Source: a virus
Lineage: Duplodnaviria > Caudoviricetes
Virus record (IMG/VR): IMGVR_UViG_2885028616_000003
Span: 1-64,000 of that record
Strand: one strand, 5' to 3'
Length of the DNA stretch: 64,000 nucleotides
Shown one piece after another: positions 1-9,106 of this stretch (positions are counted from its first letter, which is position 1; every line of letters starts with the position of its first letter). The position numbers were made by a program, and so were the translations under genes. The notes beneath the pieces were generated by a model. The model worked only from the letters and a program-made list of their open reading frames with translations. It was not told the origin of the DNA and made no database searches.

Positions 1-255
1 CTAGGCACCGTCCTTCCTTTGCGGCTTGGGCCCGCCCTTACGCGGTTCGACGCCCCGGGCTCTGACCTGCTTGCGGATGTAGGTGGCGCCGAACGTGCCG
101 CTGCGGGCGAGTTCGTCCGGCGTGCGGCCGGCGTAGCGGACCGCGTCGGCATAGGCGTCGAAGAGGGCCTCTTGTGCGCTGGTGGTCTCGGCTCTGAGGT
201 TGCGGAGTCGGGTCTCGGCCGCTGTCACGGCGGCGTCGGCATCTTCTGGCTTCAT
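1..255 (-). CDS. Small putative DNA-binding repressor
   Basis: MKPEDADAA... 84 aa with HTH-like segment TPDELARSGTFGATYIRKQVR; divergent from an operon with palindromic operators. Confidence 0.55.
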   Translation of the reverse strand: MKPEDADAAVTAAETRLRNLRAETTSAQEALFDAYADAVRYAGRTPDELARSGTFGATYIRKQVRARGVEPRKGGPKPQRKDGA

Positions 256-259
256 GCGC

Positions 260-344
260 CTCAGAGTATCGGCACTCAGTGTTGCGATCACCCTGTCCCG
301 TGAGTTACGATTCTCAGTGTCGACATAAAGAGTCGACACTGAGA
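260..344. promoter_or_regulatory. Divergent promoter with AGTGTCGACACT-like operators
   Basis: Perfect IR TCTCAGTGTCGAC-ATAAAGA-GTCGACACTGAGA (312-344) plus degenerate AGTATCGGCACT near 266-277. Confidence 0.7.
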
Positions 345-360
345 GCGGGGAGACGGGGAC

Positions 361-705
361 ATGGCGAAGGCGACCACCACCAAGACGGCGAACTGCCTCG
401 GCTGCCGCGGCCTGCTCACCGCCCGCCGCTCCGTGCTCCGCGGTTACGGCGACCGCTGCTGGGCCAAGAAGCGCCGCGAGGACGCCGCCCGCGCCGCCGG
501 GTTCAAGCCCGCCGCCATCACCAAGGCCAAGGACCTGATCGCCGACGGGGCGATCCTTCCCCTCCGCGGCCGGGTCTTCCAGGTCGTCGCCTCCAACGGC
601 ATCGACCGCTACCTCACCGCCCCCGAGGCCTGCAACTGCCCCGCCGGCCTTCGCGGCAAGCACGGGTGCTACCACCGCGCGGCCGCCACCCTGCTGGCCG
701 CCTGA
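361..705 (+). CDS. DUF6011-like Zn finger plus SWIM Zn finger protein
   Basis: CLGCRGLL..S..RGYG..C and CNC...CYH motifs. Confidence 0.75.
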   Translation: MAKATTTKTANCLGCRGLLTARRSVLRGYGDRCWAKKRREDAARAAGFKPAAITKAKDLIADGAILPLRGRVFQVVASNGIDRYLTAPEACNCPAGLRGKHGCYHRAAATLLAA

Positions 706-739
706 CCACCACCAGCACGCTGACGAGCAGGAGGACCCG

Positions 740-1015
740 ATGACGAGCAACGCCGAACAGCGCGACGACCTCGCGGTCCGGATCGAGCGGCGGATCTTCG
801 CCGCGATGGAGCCCGACCCGGTCACCCGCGTCGGCATGACGCTGTTTGCCGCGACGTGCAAGGTCGCGCTGGACCTCCAGGCCGAGGCTCGCGCGAAGGG
901 CTGGGAGCCGCACCTGGTCCGCGCGATCCACATATACGCGGTGAAGGTTGGGGCCGCGATCGGCCGCCGCGCCGTCGCCCGCGGGATCGTCACCCGCGAC
1001 CAGCTCCTCAACTAG
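740..1015 (+). CDS. Hypothetical protein
   Basis: RBS AGGAGG, high GC3, operon position. Confidence 0.7.
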   Translation: MTSNAEQRDDLAVRIERRIFAAMEPDPVTRVGMTLFAATCKVALDLQAEARAKGWEPHLVRAIHIYAVKVGAAIGRRAVARGIVTRDQLLN

Positions 1016-1041
1016 CCGCCCTGCCACCCGAGAGGAACCAC

Positions 1042-1467
1042 ATGAACGAGATGGAAGCGATCTTCGGCCCGGTCATCCATGCGCACACCCGCGCCGACGC
1101 CATCGAAGCCGGCGATCTGGTCGAGGCGAAGGCCGAGCTGGTCCGTGACGCCCGGCTGCACCACCCGGTCGCGCTGACCCGCGCGGCGTGGCTCGACTGC
1201 GTGGCCTGGACGGACGCCGACACCGAGGAGACCGGCGCGATCCAGGACGAGGACGGGCGCCTGTTCGACGTTCTCACCATGACGCGGGTCGCGCTCATCG
1301 GGGTGCGGGGTGGGGAGGCCGTCGCGACGGTTCACCGCATCCCCCGGGGCGAGCGGTTCGACGAGGACTCCGAGGACGGCGTCCCGGCCGTGTACCTCGC
1401 GGTCACGGTCGAGACCGACGACGAGGGACGGCCCTGCATCACGGTCAGCCAGATCGGCGAGGACTGA
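1042..1467 (+). CDS. DUF6573-like protein
   Basis: FGPVIHAHTRADAIEAGDLV...PVALTRAAW...QDEDGRLFDVL signature. Confidence 0.75.
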   Translation: MNEMEAIFGPVIHAHTRADAIEAGDLVEAKAELVRDARLHHPVALTRAAWLDCVAWTDADTEETGAIQDEDGRLFDVLTMTRVALIGVRGGEAVATVHRIPRGERFDEDSEDGVPAVYLAVTVETDDEGRPCITVSQIGED

Positions 1468-1514
1468 CCGGCGTGGGACGCGCCACCCGAACTGGCCACG
1501 AGGAGGAGCACGCG

Positions 1515-2000
1515 ATGTTGAGGATCATGCGGACGGTTGACAGGACCCGCACGGAGTCGGCGCGGTTCACGGTGACCGCGCCCACCGAGGTCGATGGGGA
1601 GCTGGCGGTGGACGCCGGCCCGGCCGAGGTCGCCGGGCTGCTCGTCGGCCGGGGGTTCACCACGTCGGAGGCGCTCGCGGTGATGGCCCGCGCGAATGAG
1701 CGGGGCGAGGCGATGCTCAGTGAGACCGAGATGGTCGACGTGCGGCTCCCGCACCCTGACGACGTGCAGGTCGCCTCGAAGTGGACGGCGGTGAACGAGT
1801 TCCGGGCGGCGTACGCGCGGGTCCTGACGGCGCCGGCCTGGGACCCCGACGAGGTGGATGCGGCGGAGGAGGAGGCTGCCCGGTGGGAGACGGCGGCGGT
1901 GCGGGTCGCGGCGGACGCCGCTGAGCGGGTTGGTCTGTCGGCTGAGGTGTGGCTGCTGCGCAGGGACCGCGAGCACAAGAAGTACTGGCGGTGGCTCTGA
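1515..2000 (+). CDS. Hypothetical protein
   Basis: RBS GAGGAG before ATG 1515. Confidence 0.7.
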   Translation: MLRIMRTVDRTRTESARFTVTAPTEVDGELAVDAGPAEVAGLLVGRGFTTSEALAVMARANERGEAMLSETEMVDVRLPHPDDVQVASKWTAVNEFRAAYARVLTAPAWDPDEVDAAEEEAARWETAAVRVAADAAERVGLSAEVWLLRRDREHKKYWRWL

Positions 2001-2005
2001 CGTTG

Positions 2006-2045
2006 CGCGGGGTGCTCCGCAGCCCCCGTGGCGGAGCACCCCGCG
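2006..2045. terminator. GC hairpin, copy 1
   Basis: 15-bp perfect stem CGCGGGGTGCTCCGC/GCGGAGCACCCCGCG. Confidence 0.6.
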
Positions 2046-2095
2046 TGACGCCAGACCCCCGAGGCAGCAACGAGCTGCCAGACAAGGAGACGAGC

Positions 2096-2485
2096 ATGGA
2101 CATCACCGGCAAGTCGTGCGTCTGCCCGCCCGACGCGACCGACCTCCTCGACGAGGTCACCATCACCGGCCACCAGTTCCCCTGCCCCAACGGCAACAAG
2201 GAGGGCCCCCGCTGGTACGTCTGGCAGCGCTTCGACATGCCCGCCTGCCTGGAAGCCGGCACGCTGTACGACTTCGCCCGCGCCTGGGCCGTGCACTGGC
2301 ACGACACCCACGTCGCCGGGACGGCGATCGCGCCGATCGAGGTCCGCACATGGCACCGCACCTACCGCCTGGAGATTGTCGAGCAGTCGGCGAACGTCGA
2401 GGAGCGGTTCGGGACCTACCGGTTCCAGGTGGAGGAGGAGTCCGTCGTCGAGGGCGTCGGCCTCGCCGAGCCCGCCCGCACCTGA
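2096..2485 (+). CDS. Hypothetical protein
   Basis: RBS AAGGAG, high GC3. Confidence 0.7.
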   Translation: MDITGKSCVCPPDATDLLDEVTITGHQFPCPNGNKEGPRWYVWQRFDMPACLEAGTLYDFARAWAVHWHDTHVAGTAIAPIEVRTWHRTYRLEIVEQSANVEERFGTYRFQVEEESVVEGVGLAEPART

Positions 2486-2496
2486 CCCATCCCGCG

Positions 2497-2537
2497 GGTT
2501 GGGGCGCTCCGCTGCCCCTTGGCGGAGCGCCCCAGCC
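2497..2537. terminator. GC hairpin, copy 2
   Basis: Stem GGTTGGGGCGCTCCGC/GCGGAGCGCCCCAGCC, homologous to 2006-2045. Confidence 0.6.
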
Positions 2538-2661
2538 GACATCCCTCAGGCAAGCTGGCCGCATCCGGCAAGGCTCCCTCCCCCGCACCCGAGCTCTCTT
2601 ACGGTAATCAGGCTTTAACCCACCGCCTCCCCCGCCAGGCAGACACGAGGAACCGAGGCCC

Positions 2662-3291
2662 ATGACTGTCCACTCCGGCCACGAACAGACGATCTGGGAA
2701 GGCCAGTCCCGCAACGTCACCGCACGCGCCACCGGCGGACGCTTCACCCTCCGCTACCGCCTCACCACCCACTACCTGTACTTCGAGACCGGTGGGATCG
2801 CGGGCACCAAACAGGAGCAGATCCCGCTGATCAACATCCAGGACGTGGACCTCTCCCAGACCCTCCTCCAGAAGACCCAGAAGGTCGGGAACGTCCTCGT
2901 CCACATCATCCGGCCGAGCGGGCAGCACGAAACCGCGGTGCTCGACTCGATCGTGGAGCCGGTGCAGGTGCGGGACCTGATCAACCACACCGTGCACCAG
3001 GTCCGCGGCGTCGTGCATCAGCGGCAGGTCGACGAGGCGCGGGACCTGGGAACGCACCGGTTCGAACAGACCGGCCCCGTTCCTCCGCACCCGGGCGGCT
3101 TCAGCATCGGCGGGCAGCAGGCCATACCGCCGGTCCAGCCCACCCCGCTGCAGAGCGCGCCCGCGGTGCAGGCCACCTCGTCCGAGCAGGTCATGGCGCT
3201 GCTCAAGCAACTCGGGGAGCTCCGCGACGCGGGCGTGGTCACTCCGGAGGAGTTCGAGGCGAAGAAGAAGGATCTCCTCGACCGGCTGTAA
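2662..3291 (+). CDS. Bacterial PH-domain plus SHOCT-domain protein
   Basis: YRLT..L.FETG...IQDVDLSQTLLQK...GNV (bPH_2-like); C-terminal LKQLGELRDAGVVTPEEFEAKKKDLL (SHOCT). Confidence 0.85.
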   Translation: MTVHSGHEQTIWEGQSRNVTARATGGRFTLRYRLTTHYLYFETGGIAGTKQEQIPLINIQDVDLSQTLLQKTQKVGNVLVHIIRPSGQHETAVLDSIVEPVQVRDLINHTVHQVRGVVHQRQVDEARDLGTHRFEQTGPVPPHPGGFSIGGQQAIPPVQPTPLQSAPAVQATSSEQVMALLKQLGELRDAGVVTPEEFEAKKKDLLDRL

Positions 3292-3318
3292 CGTCGCCCC
3301 CCGTCTGCTGCCGCGCAA

Positions 3319-3349
3319 AGGCCCCGCACCCGTGATGGGTGCGGGGCCT
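3319..3349. terminator. Bidirectional terminator
   Basis: 13-bp stem AGGCCCCGCACCC/GGGTGCGGGGCCT between convergent genes. Confidence 0.75.
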
Positions 3350-3360
3350 CGGCCTTTCTC

Positions 3361-3666
3361 CTACTGCGGGACCCGCGTGACCGCGAGGCGGACGGCGCGG
3401 CCCTTCCCTGCCTCCTCCTCGGCCCGGTAGCCGTAGGGGAAGCAGACGGAGAACTGGGCGTGGGACGGCCAGATCATCGACGGCTCGTCCGCGCCGGTCT
3501 TCAGCCACCCCCAGTGCGTGGCGGCCGGGTCATCGGCGGCGACCTGGCGAACGTCGACCGGGACGATTGGCAGGCGCAGGCCGTGCAGCTTAACCCAGGG
3601 TCGGGCACCGAGATTGGTGAAGACACCCTCGTCATCGTGGGCGTGCATCCTCCACGTCCGCATCAT
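3361..3666 (-). CDS. Phage hypothetical protein
   Basis: Last gene of translationally coupled minus-strand operon. Confidence 0.7.
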   Translation of the reverse strand: MMRTWRMHAHDDEGVFTNLGARPWVKLHGLRLPIVPVDVRQVAADDPAATHWGWLKTGADEPSMIWPSHAQFSVCFPYGYRAEEEAGKGRAVRLAVTRVPQ

Positions 3667-4169
3667 CGGTCAGCCCTCGCGAGAACGTCGGCCACGGTGT
3701 AGCCATTCACGGTCACCTTCGGCGCTGCCGCCCGGGCAAGGTTGAGCGCCGTGTCGAGGTCGAACCGGTGCGTGGCGAGCCACTCGTCGGCGCGCTCAGA
3801 TGGAATGGATTCGTACTCCCATTCGCCATCGTTGCCGAGGCACAAGAACCCGTCGCTGACCGCCCACCTGTCACGGCCCCGGTACTCGACGTAGAGGGAG
3901 AAGTGGCGGGCGTTGACGTTGTCCTCGGGCAGGGCACACACCGTGTAGCGGGTGGCGCGGATAGCGGCCGTACCCGGCGCGGGACCGGCGGCGCGGGCCT
4001 CCTCGACGGCTTCGAGCGCTGCGATCGCTGCGGTCTCGGCTTCGCGGCCGGACAGGATGATGGGCTGGCCTTCGGTGAGGGCGGCGGTGGCGTTGTGGCC
4101 GGGGTGGATGCGGACCAGGTCGCGGATGCGGGCGGCGACCTGGTCGACGAGTTCAGGCGGAGAGTTCAC
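3663..4169 (-). CDS. Phage hypothetical protein
   Basis: Coupled ORF; TRYTV.ALPED...VEYRGRDRWAV actinophage-type motif. Confidence 0.7.
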   Translation of the reverse strand: MNSPPELVDQVAARIRDLVRIHPGHNATAALTEGQPIILSGREAETAAIAALEAVEEARAAGPAPGTAAIRATRYTVCALPEDNVNARHFSLYVEYRGRDRWAVSDGFLCLGNDGEWEYESIPSERADEWLATHRFDLDTALNLARAAAPKVTVNGYTVADVLARADR

Positions 4170-4956
4170 CGACGGCTCCGTAGGTGTCGGTGGCGGCGCG
4201 GGCGCGGGCTTCCAGGAGAGTGCTCGGCGGGGCATCGCGCAGGACAAGGGGCGGCCACCCGTCCGGCTTCACCAGGCAGCGGGGGACGTAGTCGCGGGCC
4301 CTGTCGGAGCAGGCGAGGCAGTGGACGCCCCACTCCCCCGACCGCAGCGGCGCGACCATCGGCGCGTGCGGGAGGTCCGCGGGCTCGACGAGCTGCGCAT
4401 TGTCGAGCGCGGCCTGGAGCCGGTCGGCGAAGCATCGGATCTCGTGTGCGCGGTCTTCCCACCGGTCGCGCGCCTCCCGCCGGTGGGAGGGCTCGGCGTC
4501 TCGGGTAGCGAGCAGTTCCCCCTCGCGGGTACGGGCGTAGGCGATGACCTCGCGGACCGCGGTGACCTGCCCGGCCGCAGTGGCGAGCTGGTTGTCGCGG
4601 AGTTCGTCCTGGCGGTCGTGGACGGTCTGCGCAGCGGCGGCCGCGGCGTCTTCGTCGTTGTCGATCCGGGTCCAGGTCCGCGCGCCGTAGGGGTCGTTCA
4701 GCCTGTACCGGCCGGGCTTGGCCTGGCCGGTGGTCAGCACGATCTCCAGCGCGGTGCGGGTGTCGGCCTTGAGACCGTTCAGGTCTCGGGCGCCCGCTTT
4801 GGTGAGGGTCAGGCGAAATCGCTCGCTCTCGCTCAGGTCCTCCCACCCGGGGATCAGGAGTTCCTCGGTGGCGTGTTCGACCTGGCTGCCGCTGCGGGTC
4901 GGTGTGATGTCCGCTCGGCGGAGTATCTCCAGGTGCTGTTCGGTCAGGGTGAACAT
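4153..4956 (-). CDS. Phage hypothetical protein
   Basis: RBS GAAGGA, high GC3. Confidence 0.65.
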   Translation of the reverse strand: MFTLTEQHLEILRRADITPTRSGSQVEHATEELLIPGWEDLSESERFRLTLTKAGARDLNGLKADTRTALEIVLTTGQAKPGRYRLNDPYGARTWTRIDNDEDAAAAAAQTVHDRQDELRDNQLATAAGQVTAVREVIAYARTREGELLATRDAEPSHRREARDRWEDRAHEIRCFADRLQAALDNAQLVEPADLPHAPMVAPLRSGEWGVHCLACSDRARDYVPRCLVKPDGWPPLVLRDAPPSTLLEARARAATDTYGAVGELSA

Positions 4957-5032
4957 GGCGTGTCCTTCAGGGTGTTGTCGTTTCGGGGGGCGCCTCGGCA
5001 GGGCGGATGCTGGGCTTGCGGCGGCAGGGGGT

Positions 5033-5740
5033 TCAGGCAAGCGAAGCTGCTTCCGAGAGTCGGTAGTCCGCGGGCAGCAGCTCGGCAGCCTCGGCGGTGG
5101 TCAGGCGGCGCCAGGTCCTGCCCTCCCCTGGCGCGGAGACCAGCACGACCTTCAGCGGCGGCCGGTTCAGGAGCCCGCCGTTCACGATCCGGCGCCGGTG
5201 GGAGGTGTGCCGGCAGCGCGCGTCCGGGCAGGGCGACTCGACGTCCTGGACGGTGACGGTGTAGCCGCGCGGCTCCACGTACAGGGCGTACCAGGGGTGC
5301 GCAGGGTCTCCGCCGGCATCACCGGCGTTGATGTCGGTGGGGACGTAGCCTCCGCAGTCGCAGGCCGGGTCGGTGCAGGCCTTGCCGCGGTGCCCTTCGG
5401 AGACGCGGGCACGAACGGCGTAGAACGGTTGCCGTCCGGCAACCATCGGGCACGCGCGGGACGCGTACAGCGCGCACGGCGGGCACAGCGGCGGCTCATC
5501 GAAGTGGCCGGATGCGAGCTGGTTGGGGCCGCCGAACAGCACGGCCGGGTGGCCGAGCGGGTTCCCGCACGTCTGGCACAGGCGCTCCGTCCAGCACCGC
5601 GCGTAGGTGGTCTGGTGCGGGGATCGGAAGTCCACTCCCCCATCGGCGAGCCGCAGGTTGATGACCGGCACAACGAGACCGCCGACGGTGGGGCGGTGCG
5701 CGCACGACGCTGGGATCGGCGGGCGGTTGGCAGCGGTCAC
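5033..5740 (-). CDS. Cys-rich phage protein
   Basis: LCQTCG..L...EPPLC..CALYA..ACP motif. Confidence 0.7.
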   Translation of the reverse strand: MTAANRPPIPASCAHRPTVGGLVVPVINLRLADGGVDFRSPHQTTYARCWTERLCQTCGNPLGHPAVLFGGPNQLASGHFDEPPLCPPCALYASRACPMVAGRQPFYAVRARVSEGHRGKACTDPACDCGGYVPTDINAGDAGGDPAHPWYALYVEPRGYTVTVQDVESPCPDARCRHTSHRRRIVNGGLLNRPPLKVVLVSAPGEGRTWRRLTTAEAAELLPADYRLSEAASLA

Positions 5741-6219
5741 CTCGGGTCTCCGACAGGGAAGAGCGCAGGGAAGAGGGCGTCCTGGACAGGCTCAGTGCCC
5801 GGTCGTGCACGGTGCTCATCTCGGCGCCGACGGGCTGGGAGGGGCACCGCATGCGGGCCCGCCGCCTCGGCCTCGCTGGTGTCGGCCAGCTCGACATGTC
5901 GGCAGTCGCAACTGCAGACCCATCCGGCGCACCGCTGGCCCTCGACCGGAAAGAGGTGGGCGACGATGCGGCCCTCCAGGGTCACGCCGGTGTCCCATCG
6001 GGCCGGCCACTGCGCGTCCTGGTTCTCCTCCCGGGTGATGCACCGGTCGCAGCGGCCGGAGTCGCAGGCGCCGCACCGCTCCATCTCGCACGGGCTGATC
6101 CGGTAGAGGAAGCAGCCGCGGCCGTTCGGGTAGGAGCCGTCGATCTCCCGCATGCTTGGCGTCCATACGTTCGCGCGGATCCACTCGGCCGCCTCAGGCG
6201 GCATGGTCGGCGGGATCAT
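5737..6219 (-). CDS. Cys-rich protein (DUF6248-like)
   Basis: EAAEWIRANVW, CGAC..GRCDRC, WVCSCDC. Confidence 0.55.
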   Translation of the reverse strand: MIPPTMPPEAAEWIRANVWTPSMREIDGSYPNGRGCFLYRISPCEMERCGACDSGRCDRCITREENQDAQWPARWDTGVTLEGRIVAHLFPVEGQRCAGWVCSCDCRHVELADTSEAEAAGPHAVPLPARRRRDEHRARPGTEPVQDALFPALFPVGDPR

Positions 6220-6839
6220 GCCGACTCCAGGGCGACGATCGCTTCGGTGCACATCGTCTGCAGCGCCGTCCAGGCGGCGCTCCGCTCGGGCCAGGTGGGC
6301 CGCTCGCGGTCGCGGGTGATGTAGCCGGGGTGCCACTCGCCAGGGTTCGGCCACAGTTCGTACGGTCGCGTCATCTCGTTCCAGGACGGTGTGGGCAGCG
6401 CGGCCACCCATGCGAGGACGCTGGCGCGGGCGGGGTGGTCGCCGAGGTGGGCGCGCAGCTCGTCCCAGGTGACGAGATGGGCCGGGGTACGGTCCCAGCC
6501 GTACCGCTCGCCGCGGCTCCGCGCGCCCTTCCACCACTCGTCGGTGTGCTCGTAGTGGAACCCGTCGCGGCGGAGCGAGTACGCCCAGTCGCCCGACGCG
6601 CCGATCCCGCGGTCCTCGCGGTCACGCCAGTCGTCCAGGTGCACGACGACGTTCATCGCCTCGGGCACGGAGTCGCGCAGGCACGTCAGCGCGTCGACCT
6701 GGCGGCGGACGTCCGGTCCGGGGTCGAACAAGCCGACCGGTGCGGGTGCGGGGCGCCGCCGTCGGGTGGACGGCCGCGGCCGGCTGACCGCTGCTGGAGG
6801 CGCCACAACGGCGGGGAGGTTGAAGAGGGCGTCGTTCAT
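6216..6839 (-). CDS. Phage hypothetical protein
   Basis: ATGA coupling at both ends; Trp-rich. Confidence 0.65.
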   Translation of the reverse strand: MNDALFNLPAVVAPPAAVSRPRPSTRRRRPAPAPVGLFDPGPDVRRQVDALTCLRDSVPEAMNVVVHLDDWRDREDRGIGASGDWAYSLRRDGFHYEHTDEWWKGARSRGERYGWDRTPAHLVTWDELRAHLGDHPARASVLAWVAALPTPSWNEMTRPYELWPNPGEWHPGYITRDRERPTWPERSAAWTALQTMCTEAIVALESA

Positions 6840-7069
6840 GGCGCTGGTTCCTGACCGTCGGGTTCCGGCCCGGCGGGGACGAGCGCGAGGCGGTAGCCGA
6901 GGGCTTCCGCCCATGCCGCGGTGGCCTCGAGCGACGGTGAGCAGTGGCCGCGTTCCCACCGCAGGACGCTCCTACCGCATTTCCCGAGCCGGACGGCGAC
7001 GCGGTCCTGCCCGAGGCGGCGGTTCTTCCGCGCCTGGATGAGGGTCGCGATCACCTCGGCCGCTGTCAT
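6836..7069 (-). CDS. XRE-family HTH protein
   Basis: ARKNRRLGQDRVAVRLG....VLRWERG..SPSL. Confidence 0.85.
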   Translation of the reverse strand: MTAAEVIATLIQARKNRRLGQDRVAVRLGKCGRSVLRWERGHCSPSLEATAAWAEALGYRLALVPAGPEPDGQEPAP

Positions 7070-7311
7070 GAGGGCCTCGCTTCAGCCTCGGCGGCTCTCG
7101 GCTTGGGTGCCGGCACCTCGCGTTCGTGCCAGATGACGATCTCGTCGTCGCGGGCCTCGATGCGGGCTGCGTCGTCCCAGGCCGCGCCCTCCTCGCCGAG
7201 TTCGGTACCGATCGCAGCGAAGACCTTGCGGACCTCACCCCAGACCGTCCCGGACTCCAGCACGTACTCGGTGCGGATGAAGTGGCGCTCACGGCGCGTG
7301 TAGTCGGCCAT
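7066..7311 (-). CDS. Phage hypothetical protein
   Basis: Coupled ORF. Confidence 0.65.
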   Translation of the reverse strand: MADYTRRERHFIRTEYVLESGTVWGEVRKVFAAIGTELGEEGAAWDDAARIEARDDEIVIWHEREVPAPKPRAAEAEARPS

Positions 7312-7538
7312 CAGAGCGCTCCGATCACGCGGGCAGCCGCGCTGTCGGTGGCGTGGCCGTTCTCGAACGCCCAGTCGGCGATGTCGAGCGGCCACCGCGG
7401 GTCGTGGTAGCCGATGACGACGCTGGCGCCGTCCTGGCGGACGGTGTTGCTCGGCCCGGCGCCGAAGTACTCAGCGTGCTCGGCCACGACGGCGGCCGCC
7501 GCGGCGTCGGTGAGGCAGGGCAGACGGATCTCAGCCAC
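7311..7538 (-). CDS. Phage hypothetical protein
   Basis: Coupled ORF. Confidence 0.65.
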   Translation of the reverse strand: MAEIRLPCLTDAAAAAVVAEHAEYFGAGPSNTVRQDGASVVIGYHDPRWPLDIADWAFENGHATDSAAARVIGAL

Positions 7539-7659
7539 CGGCCACCGCCCACGCGATGACCCAGATGATGGCCAGGACGCTGACCGGGACTACCCCGAAG
7601 AAGACGACGCGGGCGTACCAGGGCGCGTCGCGCCACAGTTCGACCAGCTCATTCAGCAT
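7531..7659 (-). CDS. Small membrane protein (not in ORF track)
   Basis: MLNELVELWRDAPWYARVVFFGVVPVSVLAIIWVIAWAVAGG, RBS GGAG. Confidence 0.6.
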   Translation of the reverse strand: MLNELVELWRDAPWYARVVFFGVVPVSVLAIIWVIAWAVAGG

Positions 7660-7703
7660 GGTGTTCTCCGTTGATCAAGCGGGCGAGGGCCAGGGCTGTC
7701 AGG

Positions 7704-8198
7704 TCACCCATGGAGCACGGCCTTCGCGGTCGGGAGGATCGCCTCGTACACGTCGTCGGGGAGCTGCCACAGCTTCTGCGCGCCTCGGCACGGCACCGGC
7801 TCGGGCAGGGCCCGGACGTCGGCGAGGCGGAAGTGCCGCTCCCCGCTGAAGGCCCACAGGCCGCAGTCACACGCCAGGGGCCTGCCGGACGGGTAGCGCA
7901 GGGACTTCGAGCAGACACCGGTGAGGCGCGCGACCGCGACCACAGCGCCCCGGATCTCCATCTCCTCCTGCACAGCGCGGGTCCAGGTGTTCCCGAGCCG
8001 GGCCACGAAGCCCACGGCGCGCTTCTGCTGCTCGCGGGTCCCTGCGGAGGCCGCGGCGTGGATCGCGATGGGGCCGCGGTGATGGGTCATCCACTGCCGG
8101 TTCTCGATCGACTTCCCCAGATGGGCGATCGCGTGGGCCCAGGGCTGCCAAATCGTCAGCGCCCGAACGTCCAGGGCGCGGGACAGGACATCAGCCAC
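7704..8198 (-). CDS. ASCH-domain protein
   Basis: ALTIWQPWAHAI..GKSIENR.W...HRGPIAIHAA...P.PCRGAQKLW. Confidence 0.9.
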   Translation of the reverse strand: MADVLSRALDVRALTIWQPWAHAIAHLGKSIENRQWMTHHRGPIAIHAAASAGTREQQKRAVGFVARLGNTWTRAVQEEMEIRGAVVAVARLTGVCSKSLRYPSGRPLACDCGLWAFSGERHFRLADVRALPEPVPCRGAQKLWQLPDDVYEAILPTAKAVLHG

Positions 8199-8742
8199 GA
8201 CCGGTCTCCATCCCGTCCTGGTCCAGCACGCCGAGCGCGACGAGCACGTCATGCACCGGCACGGACAGATCGTCGAGCTGGTCGCGTGGCCCGCCGGCCT
8301 GGACGTCGGCGGCGGCATCGGTGTGTTCCTGGGCGACTAGGTCGATGACGGCGTTGCGCTGGGCGGTGAGGCGGTCCCGGTCGGCCACAACGCGGGCGAG
8401 GTCTCCGCTCCAGTCGTCGATGCGGCCGAGCATCTGCTCGACCTTGCCCTTGCGGACCTCGGCCAGTTCGGCGCGGAGCCGTTCGACCTCGTTGTGGTCG
8501 GCGACCATCCGGGCCGCGATCTCCCGGCGCATGTCGTCGGCCTCGTCCTCGCCCGGCTCCCAGGTCTCCAGGTCGCGCCCCATGATCAGGTCGCCGGCTT
8601 TCCACGAGACGGGCGTCCGATAGCTGTCGATCTCGCCGTCTCGGTCGCGAGTGACATCGAGGAGAGCGGACTCCCGCCAGATCTCCAGCCGCCCGTCGAC
8701 GTCCGACAGGAACCACCGGTCGAGGGCCGGCTGCTCAGGCAT
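8191..8742 (-). CDS. Phage hypothetical protein
   Basis: Coupled ORF with coiled-coil segment. Confidence 0.65.
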   Translation of the reverse strand: MPEQPALDRWFLSDVDGRLEIWRESALLDVTRDRDGEIDSYRTPVSWKAGDLIMGRDLETWEPGEDEADDMRREIAARMVADHNEVERLRAELAEVRKGKVEQMLGRIDDWSGDLARVVADRDRLTAQRNAVIDLVAQEHTDAAADVQAGGPRDQLDDLSVPVHDVLVALGVLDQDGMETGRG

Positions 8743-9106
8743 CGGTCTCCCCGTCCTGCTCGTCGGCGGGCCAGATGTTCTCCAGGCGCGTGCCCTCCGG
8801 GGCCTCGACCGTCAACACGACCGAGTAGGAGATGGGGCGGTCACCGGGGAACATGCCGCCGGTGTGCTGCCGGATCTGGGTGGGCCAGTCGGGCAGCGGG
8901 ATCGACTCGTCGACCTGCCCGATGGCCACGTGCCAGCAGCCGTCGTAGAGGACGTGGACGCGCATGGCGGCGCCGCTGGGCGCGATCAAGTCGCCGTGCC
9001 ACATCACGGGCCCCATGGCGTCGGAGCCGTAGACGTTGAACTCGTCGGCGCCCTCACAGCCCGCGACCTCGATCAGGTCGTCGCTGGCGCCGTAGATGGT
9101 GATCAC
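8735..9106 (-). CDS. Phage hypothetical protein
   Basis: ITIYGASDDLIEV.G..DEF conserved phage motif. Confidence 0.75.
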   Translation of the reverse strand: MITIYGASDDLIEVAGCEGADEFNVYGSDAMGPVMWHGDLIAPSGAAMRVHVLYDGCWHVAIGQVDESIPLPDWPTQIRQHTGGMFPGDRPISYSVVLTVEAPEGTRLENIWPADEQDGETDA

